Part shown: positions 26,274 through 40,200 of the stretch, piece by piece
Position numbering within the stretch: position 1 is the stretch's first letter
Layout of the letters: each line of letters begins with the position of its first letter
Source of the DNA: Adineta vaga
Taxonomy: Eukaryota; Animalia; Rotifera
DNA length: 64,000 nt
Direction: 5' to 3'
Assembly: GCA_021613535.1 (NCBI GenBank)
Contig: CP075494.1
Location: 9,858,001 to 9,922,000, forward strand
Position numbers and translations under genes: made by a program
The notes under the pieces: model-generated
Databases searched by the model: none
What the model saw: the letters and a program-made list of their open reading frames with translations, nothing else
Told to the model about the DNA's origin: nothing

Positions 26274-26377
26274 TGTTGCTCTGGCAGATCAGTGTTACCA
26301 CCAATCCACACGATTTCGTCATCGCAACATGTATTTAATCCGTTAGGATATTTACCTCTTGGTAAGTTGTAATAAGC
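26274..26377 (-). ncRNA. Spliced-leader (SL) RNA gene, pair 1 left
   Basis: GCTTATTACAACTTACCAAGAG (matches the bdelloid SL as I recall it) + GTAAAT donor + structured 82-nt intron closed by TGTTGC/GCAACA. Confidence 0.9.
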
Positions 26378-26510
26378 AACTTTTCTTCACAATGTGTGGA
26401 GCACAAACTTTTCATTGTCTCTACATATATGGTTTTGGAAGAAGCAAACGAAAAGTAAGATGTGTCGAGACAGCGTAGATGGCGTGCTCTAGAGACCACC
26501 GAAACAAATT
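26378..26510. promoter_or_regulatory. Bidirectional SL RNA promoter (133 bp), pair 1
   Basis: ATRTGTMRAGACR-N11-GTGCTC-N21 upstream of each SL start. Confidence 0.7.
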
Positions 26511-26614
26511 GCTTATTACAACTTACCAAGAGGTAAATATCCTAACGGATTAAATACATGTTGCGATGACGAAATCGTGCGGATTGGTGGTAACACTGAT
26601 CTGCCAGAGCAACA
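26511..26614 (+). ncRNA. SL RNA gene, pair 1 right
   Basis: Same leader, donor and intron. Confidence 0.9.
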
Positions 26615-27533
26615 CTTTTGCTTAATAAAAAAGAATTAAATTTACACAAATACGACTGAAAGCTTAGAAATTAGTCAGATGGTTGATGTCTATTCACAAA
26701 CGAACAATGTGTTCGAATTCGGATAATTTTTAGAACGTATAGATTATATATTGATGTTCAGATATAATTTATTTCTAATATCTTATAAAAATCCTCCACC
26801 ATTCTTTATGACGCCAGCCACTTATAGATTCCGATTCGTGATATTAATCATTGCTGTCAGGATAGTATCGATCGACTTTCTCTAGACGCACATATGTACC
26901 ATGCTCATCATAATTGATATGGTGTTTAAATGATCTTGAGAATGATTGTTCATACGAGTTTTATGAATCAATAACGGTTTCCTATTGTATTTTCAAACGC
27001 TAATACTTAGTGGAAATCTATTCTGATAACCAAATCAAATCGAGTGAAAACTGTTTTCACGTTAGATCAACAATGCTGGGTTGTTAAATTGTATCACAAA
27101 AGATTATTTTTATGTAAGAGATCGTTTCATACGTTGATGGCAGTATTTGATTTGAATTTCTAATTCTTATATTTGACATAAAACAATATTTTATTATAGA
27201 ACGAAAATAAATAATCGATGTCAACGATACAAATCTGCCTGTAGTATTTGAGGTTACCTATTTTAGACTACACGTACTTGTATCAACAACTAACTATAAG
27301 ATTTCAATTATCTCATCATCTAAGTTTCAGTAATACTTTTCGATCACCCATTCATACTTAAATATTAGAGCCGTAATAGTCGGTTAATATCCTTCATTTT
27401 CAATCGAGAGTAAAAAAAAGCGAATGAAATTAATGTAAAGTACATCAAACGATGTTTTGGCGATTTCATAATGAATAGTTAAGCGGGGATGATCGTAGCT
27501 ATATTATCTTTATAATTTTGATTAATGAAAAGC

Positions 27534-27637
27534 TGTTGCTCTGGCAGACTGGTGTTGCCACCAATCCGCACGATTTCGTCATCGCAACATGTATTTAATC
27601 CGTTAGGATATTTACCTCTTGGTAAGTTGTAATAAGC
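27534..27637 (-). ncRNA. SL RNA gene, pair 2 left
   Basis: Same leader, donor and intron; stem variant CACCAGT. Confidence 0.9.
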
Positions 27638-27770
27638 AATTTATCTACACAGTGTGTTGAGCACAAACTTTTCCTTGTCTCTACATATATGATGTGGGAA
27701 GTCGTAAAGGAAAAGTAAGATGTGTAGAGACAGCGTAGATGGCGTGCTCTAGAGACCACCGAAACAAATT

Positions 27771-27874
27771 GCTTATTACAACTTACCAAGAGGTAAATAT
27801 CCTAACGGATTAAATACATGTTGCGATGACGAAATCGTGCGGATTGGTGGTAACACTGATCTGCCAGAGCAACA
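27771..27874 (+). ncRNA. SL RNA gene, pair 2 right
   Basis: Identical to 26511-26614. Confidence 0.9.
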
Positions 27875-28131
27875 CTTTTTTTTAATAAAAATAATGATAA
27901 CGTTACAAATACAATCATCATCTCACGTTACTACTATTCCTTGTAAAACTGAGTTTACTCAGACCTCTGACATGAGCAGTATCGCGGAGTTAAAACCAAA
28001 ATCATTCTATCAAATACGAAAAAATGACATTTTAATCATATCTCTGAGATCGACTAGTTGAGTAGATAATTGTCTAAAAGCAAAAATCATTGAATTTATT
28101 TGAAATACTCAAAAGAAAAAGAATGAACATA

Positions 28132-28625
28132 TCAGGTTTTATGAAAATGAAAATGTACAAGCGGACGAAGTCCTGTTGGAACATCATGAATTATACATTG
28201 AATATGAGCAGGAAGTGGAAGTGAAGAACGTTCTCGCCATGGAACAGTACGTCGAATTAAAATTGTTGCTTGATCACGTAATGATGCAGGTGAGCATTTA
28301 GGCCATGGCTGATCTTTTGTTGTTCCGTACATTTGATCGTCACCTGGAGCAGGATAGATAGAATAAATATTAAAAAAAAGAGAGTTCATCTACAAGGAAA
28401 AAGTATCTAATAAAATAGTTATTTATATACATCGACATAATCAATTTAGAAATTGACATATGAAAATGAAGCAATTGTTTCTGATTTACGTGATCCATAT
28501 GTTGGGATCATTTTTTAAATATATTGACACTGTTTTCTTTGTACGTCCTCGTTCAGATTCATGTCACAAATTCATCCAATTGAATTGATATCAATGAGTA
28601 AATGGCTGACTGAACATATGACCTA
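28132..28625 (-). pseudogene. Degenerate gene with a SOCS-box-like C-terminus
   Basis: PASLRDQATILIRRTV...SLPLPAHIQCII; upstream exon has several stops. Confidence 0.45.
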
Positions 28626-29179
28626 GAATGGAATTGTTCAATCATTGCTCAATTTTTCTGTCAACTTTATCTCTGCGAAGTGTACGATAGAAAGCGAAAA
28701 AAAAAGAATATTTTTTTATTATTTAGTTCAGTTTGTAATGTAAGATTAATGTTACAAATAGATTTTTGTCAGCGACATCTACGTACGAGCTTTATACATT
28801 TAGCAGAATATTTTACTCATGATGAGTTCAATTGATAATAAAACGTCAGAGTAATTAACTAGGGTATATTCTGAACAGAAGTAAATTTTGTATGGATTGC
28901 GAATAAGAATGATCTCCTATAACAATCTTAAATTTCAATACAAATAATTGAAAATGAATATAACATGTTTGGTGTGAATATAGGTTTGAAATAGATCTCA
29001 TTTCAATATTTTCTAACAGGTATGTTGTTATTTTTGATAAGATGCGAAAAATAAATATGTCACTGGAGATTTCACAATATAGATGGATCGACGAGATGGT
29101 TATCGTGATATAAATAATCCGATATGACATTATTTTTGTCTCATTTGATTTTTGAAATCTATCACGTCTGATACGAATT

Positions 29180-29639
29180 ATGATTGGACTTCGATTTGCT
29201 GTATTTTCTTGTTTTATTCTATTCGGTAAATTCATTTTCAATCCAAATTCACTCGGGAAAAAGAATATTTCATATTTATTGTAGTCTTCATTCCGTTGGG
29301 TAACAGTTTGAAATGCTATTCATGTACGGTTTGCAACGATCCTTTCAATGAGAGTGATGTGAAGATGGAAGAGAAACCTGATGGTGAAGGATATTATTGC
29401 ACAGTACGTTCATTTTTATATCTCTTTAATATTTAATAATTATCTGCTGTAAAATCTAGAAAATATCTGTGGGTTTCGCTATAAATCGAGGCATATCTAA
29501 AACATGCGATCCTGTAAATGTTTTTGGTAAAGGTCAATGGTGTTGTCAAAAAGACTTTTGCAATCATAGTAGCAAAACGTTACCAACCAATCTTCTACTA
29601 ATAGCTTTGATCATGGTTGCGTCAATTAAATTTTTTTAA
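29180..29639 (+). CDS. Ly6/uPAR three-finger protein, probably GPI-anchored, 3 exons
   Basis: Signal peptide, LKCYSCTVCNDP...WCCQKDFCN, hydrophobic C-terminal tail; not in the ORF track because of introns. Confidence 0.85.
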
Positions 29640-29807
29640 AACTGTCTTCATTTAAGCAAAAAAATATTGTTTCTTTTTCTTCGTAATAAAATTATATTAA
29701 TGGTGAATAAGCACAACATTATTATAGACATGAAATATTTAAATGCTACAGGTTTCAAACTACTTGATATGATTATAATGATTTGTTTTGTCAATAATTC
29801 TCTTCGG

Positions 29808-32800
29808 CTATTTCCAAAACTGAACAAGTTCATTCGTAGACCAATAGATACTTAAATTTTTGTTTATTTTCTTCAATTCCATTAAATTTCGTCCTTCTTT
29901 GTTATCCATTAAATTATTTTCCAGATTGAGAGTAGTAAGTGTCTGAAACGCATAAGATTCAATAGATTAAACAAAAGAGCATAGTATACTATTTTACTGA
30001 ATTATATTGCAAAGCTTCGCGTAATAATTTGACTCCTTTATCGCCAATACTATTACTTGCAAGATTAATTTTTGTCAATGTCTATATGAAATAATAGGCT
30101 ACATAAACAGATAAAAATTTAAACATAGTCAGTCTAACCGTATTATTACGTAATGCATCGCATAGATATTGTGTACCTTTGTCACCAATATGATTGCAAC
30201 AAAGATTGAGTGTTGTTAATACCTGTATTACAAACGAATCAAAATAACAAATGATAGATTGTTTATTCACTTTGTTTTGTTGTAATGCACCATTGAGATA
30301 TTGCATACCTTTTTCATTAATATCATTATATCCGAGATCAAGCACACGAAGTGTCTATCGAATAAATAACATAGATAGTTTTCTAACAAGAAAATATTCT
30401 TCTTTTCATACTTTATTTTTCAATAGAGCATCTCGTAAATATTGTGCTCCTTCATATTGAATTCGATTGAAAGCAAGACTCAATGTCGTGAGTGACTATA
30501 TGGCATAAAATAAATCATTTTCGATATAGTTCTTATATCTTACTGAATTATATTGTAAGGCAGTACTTAAATGTTCTACTCCATCATTTCCAATTTCATT
30601 TGAAGTTAATATGAGTGTAAGAAGTGTCTATAAATATATAGGAGAACTTTACATATGAAAAAAGCCTTTTTTTATGCGTTACTTTATTATATCGTAGACC
30701 ATCACTTAAATATTTTACTCCTTCGTCGGGCATTTTCGAACAGTCCAAATTCGATGCCGATAGATTCTATATTATATAAAAGATTATTGAAGAATACAAA
30801 TGCATTCTTTTTACTCGAGTATTTCGTAGAGTATCATATCCACCACTACCAATTTTATTATTTTCTAGATTAAGAACAGTAAGAGTCTAGAAGAAAATGA
30901 TTAGATCATATTGTAGTTTAAGAGTAGGAAATAATCTTTAATTCATACAGAATTACGCCGTAATGCTTCACTCAAACATTGAGCTCCAAGTTCGCCAATT
31001 TGATTTGAAGAAAGATCAAGTGTAGTAAGTATCTGTAATAGTATTCCTCATATATTTCTCTCGAAAGAAATAGTTCTTACTGTATTGTATCGTAAAGCTT
31101 CACCTAAATACAATGCTCCTGTTTCTCTGATTTCATTCGAAGAGAGACTAAGTATCGCAAGTGCCTATACCATACAATAACAACTAATACCAATCAAAAA
31201 CGATAAAAAAATATTTATTACCTTATTTTGTCTTAAGGCAATACTGAGATATTTTGCTCCTTCGTTTCTAATTTTATTAAAATCCAGATATAGTGTTATC
31301 AGAGCCTAAATACATAAAATCAAAAAGTTCCTAACATAAGTATAATTAATTTACCGTATTCAGACGTAATGCATCACTGAAATATTCGATTCCTTCGCTA
31401 CCAATTTGATTATGTTCAAGATTTAATATTTTCAATGTCTACAATAACTATAGTCAGTTAATATGCAAGAAAAGAAAACAAATGAAAAGGTTTGTTTACT
31501 GAGTTATGTTTTAATGCATTACTTAAATGTTGCATTCCTTCGTCTTTGATCTGATTTTGTTTTAAATTACAGGAAGTAAGTGTCTAAATGGTAGAGAAAG
31601 ATTGTTAAGAAAAATATCATTGAAAAAAACAAACAAGAATCTTACGGTATTTTTTAGCAAAGCATTAGTCAGATGAACTATTCCTTCGAAACCAATATGA
31701 TTATGTTCGAGAGAGAGCGAAGTCAATGTCTAAAGCGAAAGATATGAATCGTAAGACGGATTTTTCTCCTACTTTGTTTTTTTGTAATGCTTCACTTATA
31801 TATTGTGCTCCTTGACATCCGATGTTATTATATGTTAAACTAAGAGATGTTAGTGTCTATATAAAAGAATCAATTAAACAGAAAAGCAACAATGATATTT
31901 TATTGTTCTCACTGTGTTAAGTTGTAAGGCATAACTTAAACATTGTACACTCTTATCATCAATTAGATTCTGAGAAAGATCGAGTACTTTTAATGTCTAA
32001 ATTGAATTTAAAACACGTCACAAGAAAGTTGTGTTTATAAAGCTAATATTATTTATACCGTATTATATTGTAAGGCATGACCCAATTGCTCTATGCCTTG
32101 AACATCAATTTGATTATTTTTTAGGATGAGCGTAGTAAGAACCTAAAGTATAATTAACAAAGTTAAATGATGAATGAATATTATATGTATTTTTTCACCT
32201 TATTTTGTATTAATGCATTGCTTAGATATCGAGCTCCATGATTTCCAGCTCGATTATTTTCCAAATTGAGTGAGAGAAGTTTCTATTATCATGCTTAATT
32301 ATGAATATTCAATTATCCGATTAAAGACTGTCTTACTGTATTATTTTGTGTCAAAAAATAAGCGACGATTTCCATATCTTGATCAATAAGCTCCATTGAA
32401 TTCAAAGATAAATGTGATTTATTTTGTTTTGCTTGAAAGATTTTTTCTAATCTTGGATTACGAAATTGCAATGGAGATGGTGTTCTAGTTGTTGGTTCGG
32501 AAAATGTAAGCGTTGGTTGCTCTAGAAATGATGTTAAATTTCGCAATGAATTCACCGGTCTCAATTTCATTCCCGGTGATGCGGACGCTGATTCGATAGA
32601 TAAATAGTTTCGTACTAAAAATATGAATTAATCGAATTCGAGTGCATTCTCTCTATTGAAGATTTTATTTTCCTACCAGGTACGAATAAACTAGTTGATC
32701 TAGGAATGAATGCCGTTGACATAGGTATAGGTTGTAATAATGGATAAACCGGTTGTATTTCTTTGAGAGAAATTATATGTAAATCACCTTGATGTAAATA

Positions 32801-33436
32801 ATCAATTACTTGAAATGATGTACCAGCCATAAGAAGTAATTCATCTGTTGATGGAAAATATGAATGACCACGTATATCTTTACCTGTATGACATTCAATT
32901 GTAAATAATGTTCTTGAATTTGATGGATTTAAATATTGTTCCGATTGTAAAGTATTTAATAAAGTTGTACATAATGAAAATCCCCACCATACAATTATTT
33001 TACCTATGGGATAGTTATAACTTAAATCTATGTTGATACAACGATAAACAGTTGTCGATATATTTGGTAATCGAAATAATCCATTTAGAAGAAGTCTTAA
33101 ATAAAGATACCATGGCTTTATATACTCTCGATTCGATGAACGTAAAATAGAATTTAATACAGAATAAAGACATTGATCTTTTGGTTCCCATCCCATTGAA
33201 TAAAGCATAATGGCAGCAGCTTCATCTGTTGTGAGATCATCTGCAGGATGTTCACATCTTTGTTTGGCGCTCTGAGCATAATTTTTAATCCTTGGTACAA
33301 ATTCTACCAATTTCTCAATCGCTACTTCCAACGTTTCTAGTGGCATATGTTCATAGCCATTAATTGGTAGAAGAAATTCTTGTGGTTCTTCTGCAATGTC
33401 AGTGATACGTAATATGCGATTTGAGATAACATCCAT
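29808..33436 (-). CDS. Mono-ADP-ribosyltransferase (ART) domain fused to RI/NLRC3-type leucine-rich repeats (mostly 84-nt exons)
   Basis: LTTDEAAAIMLYS, VYRC, WWGFSLCT, YFPSTDELLL; repeated exons TLTxLxLxxNxIGxxGxxYLxxALxxN. Confidence 0.88.
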
Positions 33437-34220
33437 TTGCTCGTTTATCTAATATTAAGATGTGAACTTCTAAAAAAAACTTTTATCTGAGATTTTTCTA
33501 TTCATGTATACAGGTTTATAACGATTGATTACATAAAAAACTTCTCAAAATAAGCTTTCACGAATGACTACTATTACGAAGAAAAATGGAGTTTGAATGC
33601 AGCAACATTGTGCGGATGACTGTAGTTGAAAGCATTAAGATGTCTAAATTGTATTCATTAAGCTTGAATATAAATTTTAACAAAATCTTTTATTCTCTTT
33701 TTTTCCCTTCTACTTCACATCAATTCAAAGATTATATTCAGTTTTTTTTAGACATTCATTTATTTAAAACTAAAACACCGTAAATTCATGCAAATTGATG
33801 ATGTATGCAATGAAAATGCTGACAGATAAAAAAAGAACATTATAATTTAATTAGAAATTTATTGAGCTGTAGTGTATACATTAATTATGTTGACGATGTT
33901 ATTCAGTGACATCTACGTAGTCGAGCCATGTTTTTTTTTCAAAATACTTACCTCCGAAATATCAATGGTTAATTAATTCGCTCGTCCTATTCTTTACATT
34001 TCTTCGTCTTGTTCTTTCAATAAAATATTGTATTGTATGTGTCTACATCGTCTTTTATTGCAAGGTGAACGAACATTTGTTGTTTATTTTTTCTTTCCTC
34101 TTTTTCTCTCGAAGAAATTCGATCAACTATCTTCTTCATCTTAGATTTTTATATTACGTTATTCTTTCTTTTCGAGTTTCTTTTCTTTTTATGATGAGAT
34201 AAAACCAAATTTTGTCCTAT

Positions 34221-37200
34221 ATGGCAGGTATTATCATTAAAAAAACATAACATCAATGTAAATATTAAAAGAATCTTTTGTCTAGGTGATTGGAGAATCA
34301 GTACCGAAGATCGAACAAAGTACGATTCGTACTTTCAACAGTGTAATCCAATCCAAGGTTATGTAACAGGTATGAGTTGAAAGAGGATAAATTGATAAGA
34401 TTAATAATTAATTCTTCAAGGTGATCAAGCCCGAAAGTTTTTCGTTCAATCCGGTTTACCCGGAGAGATTCTTCGTAAAATATGGTAAATAATATATATA
34501 CATATATGCCGATCGTTTTGAAAAGAATTAATCGATTATTTTCGTATTTATCAGGGATCTTTCGGATATAACCACGGATGGTCGTTTAGATAAACGAGAA
34601 TTTGCTATTGCTTGTCATTTAATTGCTTCACAAGTAGAGATATAAAACAAATGAATTCACAGTTTTAAATAAAATTTGATTGGTCTATTGAAGGTTCAAA
34701 AGAAAGCACAACTTCCAGCTACACTTCCTCCTACTCTCCTCTCTGATGCAATAACGATAACAACAAATGGTGTTTTACCATCTATGCCTATGTTTCCATC
34801 ATCCATTACACGTAAGTAGTTTCGTCTTATCGACTATTTTCTCATCAGTTATGAAAACAATTTTAAAATAAACTAATGGATATTAAAGGACCACCAATGC
34901 CTATTTGGAGTGGTAAGAATACTATGTAGTGTGTCTTGTCTTTGTTAACCTGAATAACGCTTTTATCTCTCTTGTATAAACTTCATTTATCAATAAATAT
35001 TCTTCTTTTATTTAGCTCCCGGTCAACCATTAGTTGCAAAGTAAATCCAACGCAATTATGATTTAAAATTCTTAATGAATATATTTTCCTTCGTTTCTTA
35101 GTCAATTATTAAAAGCAGCAATTGTTCCTCCTTTTCCATTAAATGCAGCTAGTCGATCAAAATATCTACAACAATTTCATTCATTAGTTGATGTTACAAA
35201 AACTAATGGATTTATGACGGGTGTACAAGCAAAAAATATCCTTCAACAAACAGGTTTATCTCAAACTTATCTTCATCAGATATGGTAAATATAGCATATG
35301 TTGAAATTCATATGGAATAAATCGAATTTGATTTTAGGAATTTAGCTGATATCGATAAAGACGGTCGTTTAACTCCCGATGAATTTGTTATAGCAATGCA
35401 TTGTTGTGATGTTATACGTGCTGGTCAAACTCTACCTGTACGTGTCCCAGATGAATGGTTACAAGGAAGTACAATACTACGTGAACGAGCAGGTTCATTA
35501 GCAAAATCCAATGTTAGTCAAGCATTTGCAAGTATTAATCAAGATTTGAAAGATACATTTTCATTTGCAACATCAACGGAAAATCTATCCAATGAAACTG
35601 CCGAAGCTCTCGAACGAAAGAATAGTCTTGTAACTTATGAAGAAAAACGACAGAAAAATTATGAGGTTCGTCGTTTTCATTTGTATTTCTACTAGTTAAC
35701 TTGTACAATTTTGTATATAGGATGGATATAGAGAATTAGAACGACGTCGACAATTATTACGTGAACAAGAAGAACGTGAGCAAAAAGCACGTGAAGAACG
35801 CGGTAAGATATACTTGTTATTTTTAATAATGAAACGAAAACTTAATGTTTAGATCGTCAACGTGACTTAGATTTACAAAAGCAAAAAGATGAACAAGAAC
35901 GTAAAAAACAAATGGAATTCGAACGACAATTAGAAGGGCAACGTCGATTGGAACAACAAAGAGAAGAAGAACGAAGGAAATTATTCGAACAACGAGAAGT
36001 AATTATCAGAACGACGAAAATTCATTTCAATTTAAATTGATTTCAGGCAGCAAGAAAAGAAATGGAACGTAAAAGTCGTTTGGAATGGGAACGTCAACGT
36101 TTACAAGAACTATCTGTGCAAAAATCTCGTCTCCTTGAACAAATTAATGATCTAAAATCACGCGAAAAAGCACTTGAATTAGAATTACAAAGTATGGATG
36201 ATACAATGCAAACACGTCAAACAAAAATTCATCAAATTAATACAAATATTCAAACAATAGATCAATCGATTGATGAAATTCAAAAACGTACTCTGCAAGA
36301 AAAAAATCTTTTAGAAAATTTCGAGCAACAGAAGAAAGATGCAATGATGAAGTTAAATCGTATCCAAGCAGAAAAAGGATCTATAAGTTCATCTTTACAA
36401 CATCTTAATCAATCAAAAGAATTCAGTATGAAGAGAAAAACACATACTTAAGAATCGAATTGTAATGCATTCATTTTGTTCTGTTAAGATCCTGGAAATC
36501 GCGAGTCGGATCAAATGAAATTTGCTCAATTAAAACTTGATAATATGAAACACGAAAATAGTCGAATTGATGAACAAATTACAACAATGAATTATCAATG
36601 TAAACAATATCAAAATCAAATGGAGGTTTGTTTAATTGAGAATATATGTATAAAAAAACATTCATTTTACATCCTATTTATCGTAGCAACTTCGTCTTCA
36701 ATTAAATCAACTTGAACAAAATGCTCGAAAAGCAAAATCACCATCAAAGTAAGAACTATTATTGGATCTTTCATACTGATTACTATCTTTATTCTTCTTT
36801 TTCCTCCTAAAGTAAAACTACACCAACAGCGGCTTATAGTAAGAAATCTTTTTCTGTGTCTTCTTTGCTCTAACCTATCTTGCTTTGTTATTTGTCAGCT
36901 AATTATGATCAATTCCATGCTTCCAATGATTTCAATTCTTTATCTGCCTCATTTCCCATTGCTTCCCCATCAGCTCTTGATGTCGATCCATTTCAAACAG
37001 TGGATCCATTTGCTTCTCAATCTGATCTAGGTTCACCTAGTACAATTGTAACAAATAATGATTGGTTTCAATCACCTACAAATGGATCTTCACCAAATGA
37101 TCCATTTCTTTCAAAAACAGAATTTTCATCACAAACACAAAAATCTCTACCAAAAACAAACGGAAAACAACCATCCGCTGTTGATCCATGGGGTGGATCA

Positions 37201-40200
37201 AATACAACAAACAATGGAAATAGTTGGGCATCATTTAATAATGCAAGTTCACCATTTGGTACTGCTAATGAATGGCCACAACCGCCAACAAATGGAAATT
37301 CATCGAATGGTAGTTAGAAGAATTTGTAGACATGATTTGTGTGACTATTTCATTCGTATTCAGGTACAACACAATATCGAGCATTGTATGATTATGCACC
37401 GGAACGTCCAGATGAAATAGCACTTGCTGCTGGTGATATTATAACAGTAAGTTAAATGAAATTGTTCTATTCTTTCCTCGATTCAATGAGATGAAAACAT
37501 ACTAATTTTTAGAAAAAATCCCAAGAGGCAAGTTTTGTTTGTCGAAAAATTTCGCACGTCAATATTTTTACAGCATGTTCATCTTTCTATTTATCTTCTT
37601 CTATCGCACGTTCAATATACATTCTAATAAATTATAAAAAAAACTTATTTTATTTTCATTTTCATTTAAGGTTGATCCAACACAAGTACAAGATGAAAAT
37701 TGGCTCTTTGGAAAAGTTGGCAATGATAAACAAGGATTCTTTCCCACTGCATATGCTGAACCTTTATCGTACGTGATCAAAAAATTTGATAATCTCTATC
37801 AAAAAAATTCTCTTGTCGTATAGATCTTTATCATCTCCGACAAATGGAAATACTACTGATACGACTTCACCATTAATAGTAAAAGATAAAAGAAATAAAA
37901 ATGTATAATACATATGAGATATTTTAGTCGGGCTCATGGGTGATGACATTAGCTGATTATCAAGGGAAAACAATGGATAAACATTTATCGTTTCAAAAAG
38001 GTGAAATAATTCTTGTTCGCGAACAGAAAGATCCCACTTGGTATAGTGGACAACTTCATGGAAAAGTAAACAACATAGTCTTTATAAAATAAAAACAAAT
38101 GAAGTTTTTTCCGATTTTTAGGTTGGTTGGTTCCCGAGAAATTATGTTCGGCCAGCAAATGAAGTAGAAATACAAAATAATAGAAATACAACTAAGTAAA
38201 TATACATGCCAAATCAAAAATGATTCTATTCATGGATAATCTATCTTTAGAAGTATACCAACGACTCCAAGTTCATTAAATTCACCCACTTCATCAAATG
38301 GTACGACTCCAATTGACAATAACATCGGTAATCATTGTTTCTAGTTATCGTTTGCGAATGAGTGAATATCGCTGTTAGAGGGAAGCAGAGAAAGTAAAAT
38401 TCTAGTTAATCTTTAGCTTTACGTCAAGCACCATCCGTACCGATCGTGTGTAAGTAGAAAATGAATAAAATATCTTTCCCTGTCTTTATTCATGGTTATG
38501 GAATAACAGATATATTCGTTTTCTATTGAAAACAATGTCTATTGCTTTTATTCTGCTCATTGTTATGAATAAATACAACTGAAAATTTCTAATGTCTTCA
38601 TTGATTAAGTAACAGCTCTTCCTATTTTTATGCTTTTTTTTCGTAAAAGCCAAATGAAAGAATGAAAATGATTTTGCATGTATTCTTTTGTCGTTTTTTC
38701 TTTCTTTTTAATAGTCTTCCTCATTTTCACTCGAACTAAATAAGGAATAATTTCTTTTTGTTATATTTAGCTGACGTCTATGTATCGATTTATCCATATG
38801 AAGCGACGGATCCCGCTGATTTGTCATTTGATGTTAATGAACGTATTATTGTATTGAAACGTGATGGTGATTGGTGGACGGGAAAGATTGGAGATCGTGT
38901 TGGAACATTTCCAAATAATTATGTTCAAAAAATTAATAATGTAAGTTGAAAGTAAATATTGATTATTTTGTTACTGCTTGTTTTTTTAAGCCAACACACG
39001 AAACAGCCATAGCTATCGCTGCATTTCAAAGCAATGATGAAAATCGATTATCATTCGATCAAGGTCAAATTATTTACATAAGAAAGAAAGGTGATAAAGG
39101 ATGGTATCAAGGAGAAATTCGAGTACAATGATAAAATATCATTTTTATTACTTATCTCTTCTATGACCTTCTTTCTATAGGGCGCAAATCAACCATTACG
39201 TATTGGTTGGTTTCCAGCAAATTGTATTCAATTACAAGATCTTTCATCACCATCAACGCCAACACCAGTTGTAACATATCAAAACACACAAGGTATTCAT
39301 AGAAGACAAAAGAATTTATGCAATAAGTTTCTTTTTATTTAGAATATCCACGTTACGTTGCCAGTTTTGCCTATGAAGCTCAACAAGATGATGAATTAAG
39401 TTTTCCGGCGGATGCTATTTTAGAAATCTTAGATCAAGAAGGTACAACAGGTTGGTTTAGAGCACGTTATAATAATCAAACTGGTTTGATTCCATCTACT
39501 TATGTCAAACCAATTGAAGAATCTTCTCCATGTAAGTTTCTAATTTTCACATAATTATTTGCTTTATATTCGAATTAATTCGATTTTTATACTAAATTAT
39601 AATATGGGTGCGCAGGGAGCGATGTATGTGGATTTCATAGCTTTTTTTCTAGATAGACTAACCGAGTGAAAGATACTTGATAAAAATCTTCAACCCGCTT
39701 TATTTTTGTTTTGTAATATTTTCTTTGGCTAATTAATTTTTGTCCATATTCTAGGACAATGATAATCATCAGACGCACAAAACACATCATCTCGCGCATT
39801 ATTTATACCAAAAAAAGGATAATGATGGTATTCAAATGCATAGAATTTCGTATAGACAATTGATATAATATTTTCTTCAGTAATGTATTTTTCTAATCGT
39901 AATCAGTTTAAATCGAGTTTATGCGCGAATATTTTTCAATCCACATACATTCGCATTATTTTATTAATTTCTTTTTTTCTTCTGTCATCATCATCATCAT
40001 CATCATCTTCGACATGTGTGTGTGTTTTCTGTGTGACTAATTGATCTTGTGTCTTATCAATCTATATTCGTGTGTTCGATAAAAATATGCTTTATGCATT
40101 AATCATCTATATGTTTATATCTTTTCGATCTATCTCAAACTTTAATTTGTGAAACCTGGTGATAAATTTTCTTTTTGTTCCTGTGAATGTAATCATCAAT

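Larger units (their letters stand above)
23051..27879 (-). repeat. Left arm of a large inverted duplication (23051-23635 and 24146-27879)
   Basis: Reverse complement of 63416-64000 and 51518-55475, near-identical; the outer limit is set by the window edge. Confidence 0.95.

Noticed and set aside
26335-26529. Repeated 64-aa ORFs (MVSCNKQF...) at each palindrome
   Set aside because: They start at non-ATG codons and are by-products of the SL pair sequence; no sign of coding function.
26560-26580. GATGACGAAA as a hammerhead ribozyme core (Penelope/Terminon-like)
   Set aside because: Lacks the CUGANGA core and stem II geometry; it is part of the SL intron hairpin.
26274-26614. The ~340-bp palindromes as MITEs, or as CRISPR/integron-like repeats with spacers
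   Set aside because: No TSDs, similarity fades gradually outward, and each arm begins with the SL leader and a GT donor; no cas or integrase genes are present.
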